Positions 60,513-64,000 of a stretch of DNA of 64,000 nucleotides are shown one piece after another. Position numbers and translations under genes: made by a program. Under the pieces are notes generated by a model. It was given only the letters and a program-made list of their open reading frames with translations. It had not been told where the DNA came from and searched no databases. Positions within the stretch are counted from its first letter, which is position 1. Each line of letters begins with the position of its first letter. Source of the stretch: Podarcis muralis (lineage: Eukaryota). The stretch covers positions 13,144,001 to 13,208,000 of the forward strand of contig NC_135667.1 of the NCBI RefSeq assembly GCF_964188315.1. The letters run 5' to 3'.

Positions 60513-61174
60513 GTAGGATATCAAAGTAGTTCTAAGGCATATTGAGAATGCTGAGTAAATTCTATACAATATCCTTGAATCTCTGGACTTAGCCCTTGCA
60601 AAAATGTTTTTATGCGCATATGAATCTTGCCAACAGTTCCATTTCAATTTGCTTTTTTTAGGGGGGGGTAGTTTAGTGATTTGTGAGCACAAACTTAATG
60701 TATTAGACATTTCATTTTAACGAGAATGTGGCTGGCTTTTCACCAGCTAGCATGGTGTTGTGATGAGAGTGTTAGACCAGGACTGGGGAGACCCAGGTTC
60801 AAATCCCTCCAAGCCATGAAGCGTCATTTGTTACCTTGTGCTAGATCACCTCATCCTTGTGCTGATGGGGGCTCATTGACCATGTTTGAGTCTACATCTG
60901 CATATTGAACTGCAAAATCTTTGGAATATTCAAGCAGGCACTATCCAGTGACGCTATCAATGCCAGTGTGGTGTAGTGGTTAAGAGCGGTAGACTCGTAA
61001 TCTGGTGAACCGGGTTCACATCCCCGCTACTCCACATGCAGCTGACCTCTTTGAAGTCTCTTAGCCTCACTCACCTCACAGAGTGTTTGTTGTGGGAGAG
61101 GAAGGGAAAAGGAGATTGTTAGCCACTTTGAGACTCCTCAGGGTAGTGATAAAGTGGGATATCAAATCCAAACT

Positions 61175-61222
61175 TCTCCTCCTCCTCCTCCTCCTCCTCC
61201 TCCTCCTCCTCCTCCTCCTCCT
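61175..61222 (+). repeat. (TCC)n microsatellite
   Basis: Direct reading. Confidence 0.95.
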
Positions 61223-61782
61223 CTTCTCTTTCTGCAGGACTTTATTAATAGGGGCAGGAAATCTCAGGCCCAGGGGCTAACTAGGGCTTTTGGAGCTTAC
61301 TTTCTCCAACCCAACCTGCTCACTGGCTCTACTTCAGTTTTCTTATTGGCTGGAATGTGCCATTGAACTCTGATAAGGCCCCTTGTTTGGATGAAGCATG
61401 GAAAAGTTGGTATATGTGTGTATTGTACAAAGCTAAACAAAGTTTCCACCCACCAACTGCATGTGGCTCTCAGAAGGCTGACCAGAAAGGAATGCAGTTC
61501 TTTGGCTGAAGGAGGTTCCAATCCGCACCCCTGATATAAAGTTTCAGTCAGATCCAGGCTAGTGCTTCTAGGCAGTTCTCATATGCAGCCTAAACCTGCA
61601 TATCCATTTACAGGGAGCTGTCTGTGGTCCTGGTCTTCAACTTTCTGCTCTTTATTATTTGTGGATTCCAGCTAGGAACAACATCTTTGTAAATGGCAAC
61701 ACCATGAAGTGAACCTGGCTTCATTAGGTACCAATGTGTAGTGCTAGACTATGATTCCTCCCTAGGGTAGAAAATACAAGCG

Positions 61783-61814
<32 letters not shown>

Positions 61815-61824
61815 TTGTGTGTAG

Positions 61825-61951
61825 GTTCTGCCTCTTTCTTTGTGCAATGACAACTGCCATCCGGGCTATAGAAAAACAAAGAAGGAAGGACAGCCATTTT
61901 GTTGCTATGATTGTGTTCCATGCCCAAAAGGGAAGATGTCTGACAACAAGG
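61825..61951 (+). CDS. V2R exon 5 (127 nt, cysteine-rich domain)
   Basis: Translates VLPLSLCNDNCHPGYRKTKKEGQPFCCYDCVPCPKGKMSDNK; donor gtagga at 61952, phase 1. Confidence 0.92.
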
Positions 61952-62156
61952 GTAGGATATGCAATGCTCAGTGCAGAAAAGCATAGTAGGATAAGCAAAA
62001 TAGCTCAGTTCTGATTGATTTCAATTCTTCCTCCCTCCCTCCCTCCCTTCCTTATTTTATTTTTATTAGATTTATTTCCCATCTTTCCCCATAAAGTCTC
62101 AGAACAGGATCCAACAAACTTTATAACACAGGTAGGGACTCCCAGGCCTTTAAAAA

Positions 62157-62465
62157 AAAAGTAAAGGGCCTCTGTATGGTTAAGTCCAGTCAAACCTGAC
62201 TATGGGGGGCAGTGCCCATCTCACTTCAGGCCAAGGGAGCCAGCGTTTGTCCACAGCTTTTCCAGGTCATGTGGCCAGCATGATTAACTGCTTCTGGTGC
62301 AATGGGAAACCATGACGAGTGCCAGAGTGCATGGAAACGCTGTTTACCTTCCTGCTGCAGTGGTAGCTATTTATCTACTTGCACTGGTATGCTTTTGAAC
62401 TGCTAGGTTGGCAGGAGCTGGGTCAGAGCAACAAGAGCTTGCCCCATTGTGTGGACTTGAACACA
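62157..62465 (-). mobile_element. Sauria SINE (old, 5'-truncated) in V2R intron 5
   Basis: Degenerate Sauria body and tail. Confidence 0.8.
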
Positions 62466-63195
62466 CTTAATTTAACTTTAACAGAAAAACAATGAGATTT
62501 ATTCATATTTTCTATTTGCCTGTTATACTTTCTGCCACTTAGAAGATAACTGAATCATAATTTGCCTCTAGAATTTAATAATTCTGTTGTTTATTGCCCT
62601 CTGTCAGCTCAAACAACAGGATCTTTGGGTTATGTCAAGACCAACAAATGTATTGTGGCATATACTTTAGTTGACCAGACTCCCTCTTTGTTCAAAGCCA
62701 GTTCAGAAATAATTCTAAGAAAGCTATGTCTTTATTTGTTCTGATTTCTGACCTGCATTTAGAAGAATCTCCAAGGGAGTTGCCGCATGAAGATGCTTCA
62801 TGCTGATTGTATAGGCATAACCAGACACTGGACATTATCTGACATGTTCAATTAGTGTAAAGATTTATGCTTGTACCATAGAACTTACCCCCATCCTCCC
62901 TCCTCCCCATGCACCCTAAATCAAATCTTGGGAATTCCCACAACCCTCTGGAGCAGATCTGAGGAAACTACAGGCCACACCCAGGGAGAAGAGAAGGTGG
63001 AAGTCCCATTATGCAAGAGTAAATATTTGCACTGATCAGATGAGTTTGTTGGATTCTGCCTTTGAAAGAAAACCTAGTTGTTTCCTTCAGCATGGAATAA
63101 AACAATTATGGCATGTTATGACGGCAAAACAGTTATGGTATGTTGAAGTTAAAGAGATCATATCTCTTCGTTTCTTTGTCCATTCTACCCCCCAG

Positions 63196-64000
63196 ACATG
63201 GATGACTGTTTCGCTTGTCAAGAAGCTCTGTATCCAAACTCCAATAAAAATGGATGCCTTCCAAAGGATCTACACTTCCTATCTTTTGTTGAACCTTTGG
63301 GCATCAGCTTGGCCATTTTGGCTCTGACTTTTTCTGCTGCCACAGTTCTGGTGCTTGGAATCTTCATCAAACATAGGAAGACTCCCATCGTCAAAGCCAA
63401 CAACGAGAACCTCACCTACACTCTTCTCATCTCCCTCCTGCTCTGCTTCCTCTGTTCCTTGCTATTCATTGGCCGCCCCCAGTTGCTGACTTGCTATCTA
63501 CGACAAACAGCTTTTGGAGTAGTCTTCTCCATGTCCATTTCTTCCATCTTGGTAAAAACTCTTACTGTGGTTCTGGCTTTCATGGCCACAAAGCCTACAT
63601 CCCAGATAAGGAAATGGATTGGGAACCGGTTTTCAATCTCTCTTGTTCTCTGCTGCTCAAGTATTCAAGCAAGCATTTGCATGATATGGCTATGTGCTGA
63701 CCCTCCTTTCCCAAATTTGGACATGCACTCCTTGCCTGAAGAAATCATTGTGGAATGCCAGGAAGGATCAACCAACATGTTCTACTATATTCTTGGCTAC
63801 ATGGGATTGCTGGCTTTTGTCAGCTTCACTGTAGCTTTCTTTGCTCGGAAGCTGCCGGATACTTTTAATGAAGCCAAGTTCATCACCTTCAGTATGTTGG
63901 TGTTTTTCAGTGTGTGGGTCTCTTTTGTTCCAGCTTATCTAAGCACCAAAGGGAAATACATGGTGGCTGCAGAAATTTTCTCCATCTTGGCCTCCAGCGC
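63196..64000 (+). CDS. V2R exon 6 (7TM domain), open to the window end
   Basis: Acceptor cccccag. Manual translation DMDDCFAC...TPIVKANN...[15 protein letters not shown]...[18 protein letters not shown]...[19 protein letters not shown] shows no stop. Absent from the ORF track because it has no stop inside the window. Confidence 0.92.

Overview
Vertebrate (squamate, most likely lacertid lizard, judged from Sauria SINE, Squam3-type SINE, CORE-SINE and L2/L1 content) chemosensory locus. Six intact family-4 olfactory receptor coding exons lie on the minus strand: one OR4N/OR4M-like, three tandem OR4Q2-like paralogues, one OR4M1-like and one OR4D5-like. They are followed head-to-head by an apparently intact six-exon vomeronasal type-2 receptor (V2R) gene on the plus strand that runs off the right edge. 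Intergenic DNA is dense with transposons: L1, L2, an RTE-X/CR1-type LINE, a Penelope-like element, SINEs, Tc1/mariner and hAT MITEs, a solo LTR and a possible Ngaro remnant. Observations most worth following up: a hammerhead-ribozyme motif in the Penelope terminal repeat (present sense and antisense); a templated hairpin/direct-repeat scar at the Penelope inversion junction; a tRNA-Gln/Sauria-SINE chimeric insertion; four copies of a conserved upstream module (conserved splice donor plus an invariant 12-mer) for only three OR4Q2-like coding exons; a 2-aa in-frame TM7 duplication in two of those paralogues; an apparent start-codon shift in the OR4M1-like gene; and a three-level nested TE insertion. 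Subfamily names come from recalled motifs of mammalian orthologues and need BLAST or phylogenetic confirmation. There are two assembly gaps (47032-47183, 58799-59286). No CRISPR or rRNA features were found.
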